Source of the DNA: Octopus vulgaris
Taxonomy: Eukaryota
Direction: 5' to 3'
NCBI GenBank assembly: GCA_951406725.2
Contig: OX597816.1
Span: 41,788,001 to 41,852,000 of the forward strand
DNA: 64,000 nt
The position numbers and the translations under genes are program-made. The notes under the pieces are model-generated. The model was not told where the DNA came from. It was given only the letters and a program-made list of their open reading frames with translations, and did not search any database. How positions within the stretch are numbered: position 1 is the first letter of the stretch; each line of letters starts with the position of its first letter. Of this stretch, positions 1 to 12,988 are shown one piece after another.

Positions 1-124
1 TTAGAATACCTCTTTTAGCAATCCTCATGTTCTTAAGTATCACGGTTTTCCAGGCGTACCGATATTCTGTAACTTCAGTTAATCCTCATAATTAACTGGT
101 TGTCATATTGTTGCTGTTACTTTC

Positions 125-500
125 GTTCAGAAATGTTTTGAACATTTTGCTGAGCCGTTTTTTTTTATTATCATTCATCAAACATCACTTCTGTCATCAT
201 AGTTTGTGGAAAGGAAACCTTAGAAACGTTTTCTGACCAGATATTTCAATATGTTTGTTGAGTGAAATTTGGCGAACATTGACGTTCCCTATTTGTTGTA
301 TTTGGTCCCGTGAGCTTTCCGATTATGTATTCCTCCCTCTCTCGCCTATATGGAATTCCCCGCAATTCGGGCATTTAAGGCAGTATAAAAAATTTCTGCT
401 TTTGCAGTTCATATCTACATCTGCGAAAATCTGTCCAGTTTTTTTTTCCACATCTATTATCATTACACTTGGATACTCTGAATGTGTTATGCCGTTTAAA
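125..500 (-). mobile_element. Penelope-like element fragment, GIY-YIG endonuclease region (decayed)
   Basis: Minus translation MNCKSRNFLYCLKCPNCGEFHIGE...QQIGNVNVRQISLNKHIEI...FPFHK matches the Penelope pattern C-x-S-x-N-x-I-Y-x3-C-x2-C-x3-Y-I-G-E. It contains stops and abuts a (CA)n tract. Confidence 0.75.

Positions 501-502
<2 letters not shown>

Positions 503-550
<48 letters not shown>
503..550. repeat. (CA)n microsatellite
   Basis: Pure AC dinucleotide run. Confidence 0.99.
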
Positions 551-552
<2 letters not shown>

Positions 553-732
553 CTCTTTACTATTTTACTCTTTTACTTGTTTCAACTATTTGACTCTGGC
601 CATGCTGGAGCAGCGTCTTGAGTCGAGCAAATCGACCCCAGTACTTATTCTATGGATCTCTTTTGTCGAACCGCTAAGATACGGGGACGTAAACACACCA
701 GAATCGGTTGTCAACCGATGTTGCGGGGACAA
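551..732 (-). mobile_element. 3' half of tRNA-derived SINE family A (same family as 29331-29747)
   Basis: Reverse complement matches the 3' half of 29331-29747 (ttgacaaccga..ggtgtgtttacgtcccc..cttagcggttcg..ccagcatggcc) and its (TAAAAGAG)-type tail. Confidence 0.85.
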
Positions 733-1019
733 TTCATGTTACATGAATTCTCACAGAAAAACCTACACAGGAAACTGAACCCATGTGCCAACTGGAAAAG
801 CAACGGAATGTATGCACACATTCTGAAACAGAAAACGAATTATATCAGTAGATAACGAGAATGGCGGTCTAGAAATCTCAAGCATAATGAAGTCATATGA
901 AAAATACTGCTAAATGAAACATAAGAAGTTGTATCATTACTATTTGAAATATATTCACGAGTTAGATTTTGCAACAAACTGCGTATTCATTGCAGAGCAT
1001 CTCATAATTAGTATTCATA

Positions 1020-1157
1020 ATGTATATGTGTTTGTGTGTATTTGTTCGTGTGTGCGTGCGCGTATGTGTGTATAAATATATGTTATGTTTATATACATAC
1101 ATGTACATATACATCTATACACATACATACATATATGTATGTATATATATATATGTA

Positions 1158-1204
<47 letters not shown>

Positions 1205-1335
1205 ATATGTATAAATATTTATATATGTATATATGTAAAGATATATATGTGCATTTTTATGTATATATATATATGTACATATATATATATATACATATAC
1301 ATATATACATATATATGTGCAGAGAAAGAGAGAGA
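1020..1335. repeat. Compound (TG)/(TA)/(TACA)/(GA) microsatellite
   Basis: Low-complexity dinucleotide runs; the ORFs here are YI/CV repeats. Confidence 0.95.
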
Positions 1336-1637
1336 ATGAGAACTGTTGCAATTATTTCTATAAATATCTATTTCTACAGGAAGACAGAATAATTTCTAAA
1401 CACCATTCAGCCGTCTCTCTCCTGCTAATAGCGAGAAACTATAAGCTATTTGCTACATACACATTCGTAAATAGATTTGCGATGAATTATGTAAACTTGT
1501 TTTATTAATTATTCCTTAGCCATCATAGTATAGTTTATATTGGAACATGAAACACGCGTGTTGTAGTTGATATTACAAATACAAATATAATTGGACATAT
1601 CTCAATTCAGAGTAAGATTTAAAAAAAAGTGAATACA

Positions 1638-2208
1638 TCACAATGTCTAAAATATAAAAGTTTTAAACTATATAGCAACATAAGTGAACCAATTAGGATT
1701 ACAACTCATAAAATATTTCAAGAACACATATAAATAAATTTGAGGAAAATATCAGCCTAAAGCTTTGCTTTTGCCACATTATAACAGATTTTGACTTGCA
1801 AAGAAGTGAGTAAAATCAAAGAATTAAAGATGGCTGCCGAAGACACACCGTTAGATTAACTGAGGAGTGATGTTTAAAAGCCTTACTATTATAAATTCAG
1901 AAACAGTTCTCTAGCGAGAACTTTGTATAACTCACAATGTTTAAAATCTATAAGTTTTAAACCATATAGCAACATAAGTGAAGCAATTAGGATTAAGAAA
2001 GTCATTAAATATTTCAGGAACACATATAAATAAATTTGAGCAAAATATCAGCCTAAAGCTTTGCTTTTGCCACATTAGAAAAGATTTTGACTTACAATGA
2101 GGTGAGTAGAATCAAAGGATCGAAGATGGCTGCCGAAGACACACCGTTAGATTAACTGAGGAGTGATGTTTAAAAGCGTTACTATTATAAATTCAAAAAC
2201 AGTTCTCT
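1638..2208. repeat. Two-copy tandem duplication, period about 294-296 bp
   Basis: 1638-1912 and 1932-2208 both run tcacaatgt...aagatggctgccgaagacacaccgttagattaactgaggagtgatgtttaaaagc...cagttctct, with scattered substitutions. Confidence 0.95.
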
Positions 2209-2970
2209 GGTGATTTCCTTTCTACGAGAATACGTAAAACCTTAATTACTCTTTCAAAGCAAATATTTTAATGACTATTTTGGAAATAATGTAACATTAG
2301 CAGACATTTTGTCTGATTCTACATTGAATATGGTCAATGTGTCCGGTAATAAATCCTCTAAATTGTCTTTCTTTTCCCATAAAGATATGAAAACATATTA
2401 TAAGGATAAAAAAGCATTGGATAAATATCATTAAGAGTGTTTGATCTGTCTATTAATTTTATTTTCCTAGATAAGCCAGCAGTTTCGTTTTCACCCTCCA
2501 AGAGATATGACGACCAAAAAAACCAATACATTTATAAAGTATATATCTGCAAACTAGCTCATACATTCGGTCACATCTTAATACATGGTTATATATAGGC
2601 TACGTATGAGTATATACATGTAATTATACTTGCACACACATAACACACACACACAGAATACACACATACACACATATATTCTTACATAGAACTGTGTATT
2701 TATGAGCGTATAAATGTAAGTATATGTGAATATGTGTATAATTATATAGATACAGACATATAAATATATATATACACTCACACATATACAGTTATATATA
2801 AGGGGTTATATACACGTCGATATTGTTTTCTTTATTTTCAACTAATAGTACGCTTTATTGTGTTACAGGATATAAAGGATAATTGATCTCTGCAAAATTT
2901 AAAGTCAAAACGAAATGCTCCGTAATATATCATGCAGAACATTTTGCACACTAAAATTTCTACCATTTCG

Positions 2971-3031
<61 letters not shown>

Positions 3032-3429
3032 TGGGTTTATGAAAGTGTTAGCATGATATTTCTGTTCATTTATACGTATGCTTTTGCGTGTTCATACGAG
3101 ATATGTTGAATGTCAATCTTTTGCATGTTACACTAAATATTCGTTTTAATTATATCATAAGCACATAAATGTTGTTAATTTAATTTCTAAACTCAGCCCA
3201 GACACGGATGATTAATTTCGAAGTTGATTTCTAATATCATTAGCGGAGAACTCAGTCATGCTTAAAGTGTTCATCAGATTTATAGTTTTAAGATCATACG
3301 TAATAACTACGGTGTACACGGATAATAGCGGCAGATTATCGCCAGTCACTGATAAAAGTTAGTGAACATGAGTTGCATCCAGAAGTGAAGACTGATCTCA
3401 TGCCTGATCAATTCATATTGGCGATTAAA

Positions 3430-5035
3430 GCGTGCAAACGTTGTAAGAGTACTGGCGAGAATGATATTGAGCCTGTGGATTTTAACGACATTAAACAGAG
3501 AAGGTATTCTCATGGTGAGTCGTGCCTGTTAGGCGGCTTCGACTTCTGATAAGACATCAAAAATGACAACACGGAATGAGAAATACCGTTTTATGTAGAG
3601 CATATTGATGAAGCGGATTGGCTGCATGAAATCCAAGATAGGTTAAGAGATATAGAATCCAAGAAAACATAAAAGTAACTACAGAATGATAAAAGAGCAG
3701 TTAAAAACATTCCTAACTTGGAACATGGGGTCCGATTTTATTGAATGAAGGAGGTGGGAATGCTCCATGAACAGATACACAACAACTAGATGAGTGCTAG
3801 CAGAACAGTGCAGTACTCAACTGGAGGACAAAGAGTAAGTCATTGTCGTGTGCCAAGGATCTTGAAATATGAAAAGTTGCATACAACTTGAGACCAATAA
3901 CGTACCTTCCGCTAATGTAGAAACTAGTGTCAAGTACATTCGCCGGTAAACTATTATAGAGACCAGGAAAACAGTGAGCTGCTACCTATTGAACAGAAAA
4001 GAACGAAGGATCAGCTCTTAAATGACAATCTAATTATCAGAAAATGCAGTGTGTTCCCCATTGATCTCCGTGTTAGGTATGATCCCCTTGAGTGAAATAC
4101 GACAGAAAACAATGTTGGGGTATGGTCTGGGAAGAGGTAAGGGAAAACTGAACCACATGCTATTGAAGGACGACCTGAATCTATTCAGAGAAAACTAAAG
4201 CAGAGTTGGACAGCGTAGTCCAGTCTGTGCGGATTGTCATCAATGATATTAAGATGGAGTTTGGACTCTCAAAATATGCTACGATGTAGATGAGGCGAGA
4301 AAAGCTTTTCAGTACAGAAGGCATATTGTTGCCAAGTGGTGAAATGTTGAAGGCAATTCAACCTCAGTCTAGTTATAAATACTTGGGAACACTTCAGGCA
4401 GATAGAATTAAACACAATGACATGAAGGAAAACACAAAAAGAGAGTTCCTGCGGCGAATGAGAAAAATGTTGGCTTCAAAGCTAAATGTCATGAACATAA
4501 TTTCGGCTATAAACTTTGGAGCAATCGCAAAAGTTCGATATGGCATTGGAATATTGATGTAAACAGAGGATGCATTAAAGGACATGAAGAGAAAGCCAAG
4601 AAAGCCAAGAAAGGGAATATTGAAAGCACTGAAAAAAGGTAAAACGAATGAAGAAGTGCAAAGAGACATGAAGAAGAATTACGCAAGGTGAAACTACACA
4701 ATCAATTTCATACAGCCACGACTGAAATTGCTGGAAAGCATACGAGGGATCGGCTAATAAAAGGAACATTAAAAGAAGAGGCCATGAGCACAATACTGGC
4801 AGCGCAAGACCAACCTTTCATCACGAACTGATATGTGAACCTTCAGATTAAGCAAGTCTCTCCGCTGGGCTGCATCTGCAATAGAGTGGATGAAACCATT
4901 GCTCATATTACAATCGAACGATCTAGACTTGTCCAAAACCAGTACAAACTGTAGCAAAACGATCAGGTAGCGAAAGTGCTACAGTGGAAACTAGCACAAT
5001 CTTCTTGGAATTTCCCAATCCAAACAGATCGGGCC
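3430..5035 (+). mobile_element. Decayed RLE-type non-LTR retrotransposon (R4/Dong-like): RT, CCHC knuckle and start of the RLE domain
   Basis: Collinear motifs across frameshifts and stops: RPITYLPLM*KL, TKDQLLND, NHMLLKDDLNLF (for HLLFMDDLKLF), [54 protein letters not shown]. Truncated by (TA)n. Confidence 0.9.
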
Positions 5036-5041
5036 TAGTGA

Positions 5042-5294
<253 letters not shown>

Positions 5295-5603
5295 GGAGGC
5301 GCAATGGCCAAGTGCTTAGGGCAGCGGACTCGCGGTCATAAGATCGCGGTTTTGATTCCCAGACTGGGCGTTGCGAGTGTTTTTTGAGCGAAAACACCTA
5401 AAGCTCCACGAGTCTCCGGCAGGGGTGGTGGCGATTTCTGCTGTACACTTTCACCACAACTTTCTCTCACTCTTTCTTCTGTTTGCCTGCTCGCTTAGCC
5501 AACGGTGTGGTGTCATTTGAAGGCTAAAACAATGCGAAGCGCATTGTGACCAGCGATGTGTAGCAACATCTGATAACCTTGTTGGTCACGGTGATCACGG
5601 TGA
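5295..5603 (+). mobile_element. tRNA(Arg)-like SINE family B, full-length copy
   Basis: Head ggaggcgcaatggccaagtgcttagggcagcggactcgcggtc..gcggttttgattccc has A-box and B-box-like motifs, and the tail is (cacggtgat)x2. Related copies lie at 31621-31867 and 46675-46965. Resembles the octopus OR-type SINEs. Confidence 0.88.
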
Positions 5604-5631
5604 CATATATATACATGTACGTATGTATATA

Positions 5632-5638
5632 TTATTGC

Positions 5639-5714
<76 letters not shown>

Positions 5715-5723
5715 TATTATTAC

Positions 5724-5763
<40 letters not shown>

Positions 5764-5805
5764 ATTATTATTATGATTATTATTATTATTGCTGTTGTTG
5801 TTGTT
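5632..5805. repeat. (TTA)n/(TTG)n microsatellite, tail of the adjacent LINE
   Basis: Trinucleotide run. Confidence 0.98.
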
Positions 5806-7041
5806 GCTTTTGCACAGCTGCTAGCCCTGGGGATGTACTACAATGCCAGCTGTTCACAACCAGTGAACTAAGGGAGTACCTCTTATTTTTTGAGTACCTG
5901 CCGGAGTATTCGAGCGGTTCCAAGCAGTGCTGTTTTCTTCAAGTGCTCCACTCTTATTGCAGCCCCAATTTGCTCCACGTTCTTATCGAGATTTTTACTG
6001 ACTGTTCCCAGGGATCCGATAATTATTGGTATTACTGCTACCTTTTTTATCGACTACAATTGCTTAACTTCCCAAGCTAAATTTTCATATCTCTTGATTT
6101 TACTTTCTTCATTATCGCATACCTTGTTGTCAGCTGGGCATGCTATGCCTATGTACACCAAAGTTTGATTTATTTCTAAATTAAGACTATTTTCGGCTTC
6201 CTATTCTTAATCTCATGGTCGCACTGAATCATAAAATCCCACAAGATCTTTGCATTTCTATTTTCGACAATGGCTTCAGTTTTGTGGTCGTACCAGATTT
6301 TTGCCCTGTCAGGAACGTACTTGCTGCAAACTGTCCAATGGACACAGCTGGCTATATTCTCGTGGCGCCTCTTATATTCCTTCTGGGCTAGTGGCGTACA
6401 TTGGCTTGTAATAAACCATACGGTTTCACCGTTTTGTCCACAGATTCTGCACTCATCACTTTCTGCTGTGCTGTATATTCTGTATTTTATATAGGCTGTT
6501 CTTAGTGATTGGTCTTGGGCAGCACAGATGAGAGCTTCCGTTTCCGGTTTTAAATACCTTTAGTCATAGATAGCCATCTTTTTTCTCTGTCTGTATTATC
6601 TTCAATATCCCTATGAAATTGGCCATGCATTCTTTCTTTACCCACATACATACATTTTCATTCATTTTCAATTTCTTGTATAGTGCTTTTTCTTTGCAAT
6701 CTTTCATCCTACACAAGCCTGGCCTTCCTCTTTCTAATATTAGCGGTTGTGTGGCATAATTTACATACAATGCTATGTTGTTTTCTGCTGATCGAATGAT
6801 GTGTTCGCATACAATGACTCCTCTTCCCCCTTTTTTCCTTGGTACATATAATCTCTCTGTCACTTTATGGGTGGAGTGACTCATATCTAGATAGCGACTT
6901 CCTTGTCTTTCTGTCTAAGCTGTTTAATTAATGTACACTCTATGCGATTAGCCCTCTTCGATGTCTAAGGAGTGAAACCGCCTAGGCGTTGATACCTTCG
7001 ATCTGATTTCGTCCGTTTAATTTCGACTTAAGGATCAGTCT
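5806..7041 (-). mobile_element. 5'-truncated RLE LINE (R4/Dong-like) with intact 3' end
   Basis: Minus strand reads RLILKSKLNGRN, LDRKTRK, RLYVPRKKGGRG, KPETEALICAAQDQSLR, CRICGQNGETV, YKRRHE, ILWDF, PADNKVCDNEE and HLKKTALLGTARILRQVL, followed by a short 3' UTR and a (CAA/TAA)n tail. Confidence 0.93.
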
Positions 7042-8141
7042 TGGAGCAGATGTTATCGCATGGACAGTATTCGAACTAAATAGGTTAGATAGAAAGACAA
7101 GGAATTGCTGACTAGATATGGGATACTCCACCTAAAAAGTCCAAAGACAGACTGTATGTACCAAGAAAACCAAGCGGACTGATTGGAAGCGAACATAGCA
7201 TTAGAGCATAAGAAAACAACATAGTACAGTATGTACATTATGCCGCAGAACCGCTATTATTAGAAGTAAGACGGCCAGGCTTGTGTAGAAGGAAACACTG
7301 CAAAGTTGATGCACTCTGCAATCAATTGAAAATGAATGAAACTGAAAATAGATGGGTAAAGAAAAGAATGCATGGATAATTTCATAAGGATGTTGAAGAT
7401 GAGACGGACAGAGAAAACGGATGACTGTATGAGTGAAACTGATTTAAAACCAGAAACGGAGTCTCTTATCTGTGCTGCCCAAGACCAAGCACTAAGAAGA
7501 AAGTACATAAAATACAGAGTAGACAACACATCACAAAGGGGTAAGTGCAGAATCTGTGGAAAAAATGGTGCAAATATATGACAAATTACTAGCCAATGTA
7601 CGCCACTAGCCCAGAAGGAATATAAGAGACGCCACGACAAATATAACAAGGTTTTTCCATTGGACACTTTGCACGAAGTATGGTCTACACATAGAGAAAA
7701 AAAATCCGTACGACCACAATCCCGAAGGAATCATCGAAAATGATAATGCAAAAATGCTTTGGAATTTTATGATTCTTTGCGACCATGAGATAGAAAAGAA
7801 GGAGCCAGACATAATCTCAATTGAGAAAGAAATTAAACTATGCAGGATCATAGATATAGCATGCCCAGCTGACCGCAAATTATGCGACAAGGAAGAAAGA
7901 AAATTCGATAGGTATGCCACGTTATCTTGGGAGGTAAAGCAGTTGTGTTCGATGAAAAAGGTGCTAGTGGTACCAATAAGAGTGGCTGCGATAAGAGTGG
8001 CGCACTTACAGAAAACAGCACTGCTTGTAACCGCTCGAATACTCCGGAAGTGCTTGAGAAATAAGGGATGTTGCCTTAGTTCACTGATAGTGAACGGCTG
8101 ATACCGTAGTACATCTCCAGCGTTAAAAACCGTGCAAACGC
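7042..8141 (+). mobile_element. 5'-truncated RLE LINE, same family as 5806-7041, opposite orientation
   Basis: Reads GADVIAWT, LDRKTR, DLKPETESLICAAQDQALR, CRICGKNG, YKRRHD, MLWNFMILCDHEIEKKEPDII..IIDIACPAD (RLE PD..D motif) and HLQKTALLVTARILRK, then (TAA)n. Confidence 0.93.

Positions 8142-8207
<66 letters not shown>
8142..8207. repeat. (TAA)n microsatellite, LINE tail or target
   Basis: Pure trinucleotide run directly after the LINE 3' end. Confidence 0.98.
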
Positions 8208-11174
8208 TTAATGCTTTCAAATTTTGGCCCAAGGCCTTCAATTTCGGAGGAAGTGGTAATTCGATTACGGCCTTCCGAAAAAGGTGAAAAATACACTCCC
8301 TTATTGATACTGATGTTCAATCTAATTTGTTCTGTAATATAAGTCAAGATAACTCAATACTTTTGTACAAATGCCAAATTCACTCTAAACTTTTAGTTAT
8401 TTTCGATTTCCTTTAATAAATACAATATGTAGATTGATAGCCTGGATTATAATAGTCCAATACATTTTAGGAAAACGTCGCTATAAAGCTAGAACACGTG
8501 CAACATTTAATTCATTCCATAGCTCTTGATTAATAGGTTTGCCATTGAATGGAAAACTCTCTGGCATTATTTCCTGAACACTTATTTTCAGTGAACATCT
8601 AGAAATAATGATAAATTATCTCTGGTGCCGCTACCCTGACCGAATAGGATAAGACAACAACAGCAGAAGAAGATTCATCAAAATATAATAAACACCAACC
8701 ACGCATGCCTATACACATAAATATCTTGCAGCCATGCTGCTTATTGTGTCAAAGCACGTTATAGATATACTTCATCGGATATGTTATCAAAATACAAAAT
8801 ACTACAAAAAACGTTAACATAAACATTATACAATATCGATCTATGATTACTCGGCAAAGAAGATTAAAACGCTCAGCTGAAATTAGTATCAGATACTTAA
8901 AAATACTGAGGTAGTTTAATTTTCCGGAGAATTTGCTGTAATAAATTCGATGTGTAACTGTAATTCGTCTCAAATAATACGAGATAGCCTACAGGTAGTA
9001 TTACATTAATAGAAGTATATTTTACCAAACTGGGTACATTGCCAATATATTTGAAGCGGCAGTAGTTACTGCAGATCTACACGTCTGGCACTTTGGTGCA
9101 GAGCATTGAAACCTTTATACGGCTGATTAAACAAAGTCATTTAAAATTGACTAGAATTCGATGCAATCGTCTTAAGGAAAAAAAAAAGTTTTGTGAATAA
9201 ATATAGAGATAAATCTCTTCTCATACACCAAATCGATTTATGTAGCATCTGGTAGAAGACAAGGAAAGAGAATGAAATAAAGTTTTACAAATCGTAGTGA
9301 ACTAATACAGATAGTCCATTTCATATGTTTCTGCCTCATAAAACAGCTATAAATATCCACATTAGATCTGCAGAAGTTTTAATTTTTCACGAATTTATAT
9401 CAATTTCTCTTTTAGTGCAGTACAACTGACAGAATTAGAGTTGTGATTTGATACTGTATTATCTATTAAACAGACAGCTCGTTAGTTCGCATAGAGTTAC
9501 TGTAATTCACAACAGAACTTTTAAGCAAATAATTGTTGTTGACGACACCCATCAGTACATTATCTAAGATATCACAAATTTTACAGAAACCAACCCATAT
9601 ATTATCTTTTGCATTCTGTAATGGTTTGGTTCCTCTACAAACGTATATTTGGATAACGTCTTAAAATTTATTGAAAAACAATTATTGCCAAGTTTTATTT
9701 GATGATACATAGGTTCATATGGCCACAGCTGAATGAAAGAAACATATCATAATACTACAAGGAGAGTGCGTGTTGATTCATAAAATGAGTTGCCTTTACT
9801 TCGATATACATAAAACGTGACAATATGTATTTTCAAACCAATCCAACTCAATAACCAAACAGGTATTCAATACTATTCTAAAGATAAAGGCTACCAAATA
9901 TATCCCCAAAGTCGTATTTGCAACTATACTTTGCTGTACAGCAGTGTAATAATATATTTGTGGTTTCGAGTGTGCTTATGTGTATGTGAATGGGTGTGTG
10001 TAGTCGATGGATGTGTTCCAAGACTTACATAAATATATATGAAAACGCACACATGTCTTTCTAATATGGCATTCGTTTGTTCCGTACGCAAAGGCAGGTT
10101 AAACAGTAGTATTAAAGGAAAAGGGACCACTGGCATAGAAGGCCTATCCGCTTCTTTGCTTTTGCTCCTTCCGAACGTCTCAGCTCTTGACAAGAACTCA
10201 ATAACTTCACACCAGGCAACTAACTTCCTATATCATGTAAAAATTGATGCATCTGATAAAACTATCAAGTTCATTGAGGCTTTGATTCCTTGGCAGTCAG
10301 TTGGCAAAGAGTCTTTTTGTGATATACATGTTCCCATAGCTCATCTCATTGAGTGCACCAAGAATGACGATACACATTATATAGCTCTGTGTGTAGGGTA
10401 ATGCAAAGAGTAGAGACTCCGTCATTGCATCCGCTACGAGATTAATAGTGGGCAAGATTGACGACGATCTCGGGGAGAATCTAGTCGTCGTCGTGTAGCT
10501 AATGGCTTATACATGCATTAGGACATATTTCTACAGACATTTCTGAAGAGTTAGTGCTAGGTGGAGGGACGTTGCCAAATCAAGATAAACTCTATACGCG
10601 TGGTCTTGCCGAGCGCTGGGCTTGAGTTGCACCTAGAGTGACAAAACATACGCAGTGTGCGCGCTCGTACTCTGCCGAAGCATGACTGACTTCTGAAGAT
10701 ATACTGAACAGAAGCTGTCGCGTGCGATTCTTACCCGGCTATCAGCGGACATCATTGAGATTATGTGGTGAACGAAACTGAAGACGCAAACTATGAAATT
10801 TGGCCATCGACATTTTTAAGTTCCCCTTTGAAAGGAAGGTGAGAATTAAGAGTGATGTGATTAAACATGCTGAATATTGCTCGAACAAGAGTCCTATTCT
10901 AAACATGTATCGGTATGGTTCAGGAAATGGATAGACGTAGCGTAATTCATAGAAAGCCCTTACCGTGGAAACTAATCTAACATCTATCGGTTTCCATTGT
11001 TTCTTGTGCATTAGATCTCCATACATATAGAGTTGAATTTTTGCCTTTAATTGTTATTGTTAGTTTTTTGTTAATTTTTTCTTGTTTGTCTAAATCAGCA
11101 TTGAGCGGTGTGTTTGTATCGTCCTAAATGTTCAATTATCTCTTATGATTTTGACATCATTATCATTATTACTA

Positions 11175-11222
<48 letters not shown>

Positions 11223-11224
11223 GT

Positions 11225-11546
11225 GAAGGCGCATGGCTCAGTGGTTAGAGCGTCGAGCTTACGATCGTGAGGTTGTGAGCTCGAATCCCGGACCGGGCTG
11301 CGTGTTGTGTTCTTGAGCAAAACACTTTATTTCACGTTGCTCCAGTTCACTCAGCTGTAGGAATGAGTTGCGACGTCACAGGTGCCAAGCTGTATCGACC
11401 TTTGTCTTTCCCTTGGATAACACTGGTGGCGTGGAGAGGGGAGGCCGGTATGCATGGGCGACTACTGGTCTTCCATAAAACAACCTTGCCCAGACTTGTG
11501 CCTCAGAGGGTAACTCTCTAGGTGCAAACCCATGGTCACTTTACCC

Positions 11547-11550
<4 letters not shown>
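11225..11550 (+). mobile_element. tRNA-derived CORE-type SINE family C, inside a (TTA)n tract
   Basis: A-box tggctcagtgg, B-box-like gctcgaatcc, then a CORE-like segment ttgagcaaaacactttatttcacgttgctccagttcactcagctgtaggaatgag. (TTA)n on both flanks. Resembles octopus OR2. Confidence 0.85.
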
Positions 11551-11605
<55 letters not shown>

Positions 11606-11630
11606 CACCATCATCATCATCATTATTATT

Positions 11631-11840
11631 GAGGCAGTGAGCTGGTAGAATCGTTAGCACGCTGGACGAAATTCTTAGCGGTATTTCACCCGTCGTTACG
11701 TTCTGAGCTCGAATTCCACCGATGTCGACTTCGCCTTTCACCCTTCGGAGTCGATAAAATAACTTCTATTTGAACACTGGGGTCGATGTAATCGCTTCAT
11801 ACCCTTCCCCAAAATTGCTGCCCTTCCGACGAAAATTTGA
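11631..11840 (+). mobile_element. SINE family D (Nin/Deu-domain-like)
   Basis: Head ggcagtgagctggtagaatcgttagcacg and central gtcgacttcgcctttcacccttcggagtcgataaaat..ctggggtcgatgtaatcg. Many diverged copies occur in this window. Confidence 0.8.
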
Positions 11841-11875
11841 CAGAAAAACCACAATAAAAAATAAATAATAATACT

Positions 11876-12890
11876 GATTATCTCGGGCTTAACGAAGGCG
11901 GGGTATTGGTTTCAGTCGCGTTTGTTTGTACGTGGACAAAATATCTCAAGTACCGCTGGATAGATTCGGCACGAACTGATTAGATTTTGGTATCGATCCG
12001 GTACTGGACAAGGATTCTGGATTATTTGTTATATTCATTTTACTTTATATGACGTATTACGATCTTACGTTGACTTTAAAGTATTTCACTGATTATCTCC
12101 CTTGAAAGCACGCTCATGGTTTCCACGTAAGCTATAGTGGCATTGCGACTTTCAAATTTTATTTTCGCTTCTCTATTATTAATTTTACACACGTCTGTAT
12201 CTTAGTAGAAACCGATGGATTCATAATTCAAACTACATAAACAAACGCCAGTAAAACTGTTCAGAAATTAAGTAACGCTAACATATTCTGTAACAATAAT
12301 AACTTTATTTTCTCATCGACAATTTATACTTTTACCAATTTTGAATACATCGATCCTGTTTAAAAACGTATTACCTACTTGACAATTGCATTTCTAACGC
12401 CGCTTTGAAGGAGGCTTCACTTCTTGGACTTAGGTTTTTTAGGGAGACGATACTGTTAAACTGCCGTTAACAGCACCGTACACAGGCCCTTTCCGTTTTC
12501 TTTCATGCACGGATAAATTTTTCGCTATAGACCTTAACGGTCGTAAGCACACTATATAAGTGGATAGATTAAAACCAGCCTTCCTAGAAAACTGCCCGTG
12601 TTCCCACTGTAGATGAGACATACAAAGCATTACAAACACGACCAACACACACATATTCACATTCCATGTCTACCATGGGGCTCGATCAGGTACCGGACAA
12701 GGATTCTGGATTATTTTCCACTTTTTTCTTACATAATTTGTGAGAGCGTTCGGATTTATTTTTAATATTCTCGTTCGTAGGAGCAGTCGCGCGAACTTCA
12801 GATATTCTCATTTTTAAAATCCTCTCAGGCTCATCGTTGAGAGGACATTGGTGTTGCCTTGGCGGATGTTTGCGCTTTCTGAATGTCGTT
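11876..12890 (+). mobile_element. Putative non-autonomous Helentron-associated (HINE/DINE-1-like) element
   Basis: The 5' end is ttatctcgggcttaacgaaggcgggg followed by (gttt)n and gattagattttggtatcgatccgg. The 3' end is ccttggcggatgtttgcgctttctgaatgtc (subterminal repeat plus degenerate hairpin). A 37-bp internal block recurs at about 11991 and 12681. Confidence 0.55.
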
Positions 12891-12921
12891 GTTGTTGTTG
12901 TTGTTGTTATTGTTATTATTA

Positions 12922-12987
<66 letters not shown>
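12887..12987. repeat. (GTT)n/(ATT)n microsatellite
   Basis: Trinucleotide run. Confidence 0.98.

Positions 12988-12988
<1 letters not shown>

Noticed and set aside
5295-5370. tRNA-like sequences here and at 11225, 29331 and 46890-46965
   Set aside because: They are SINE heads: A/B boxes are present but there is no proper acceptor stem, and each continues into a repeat body.
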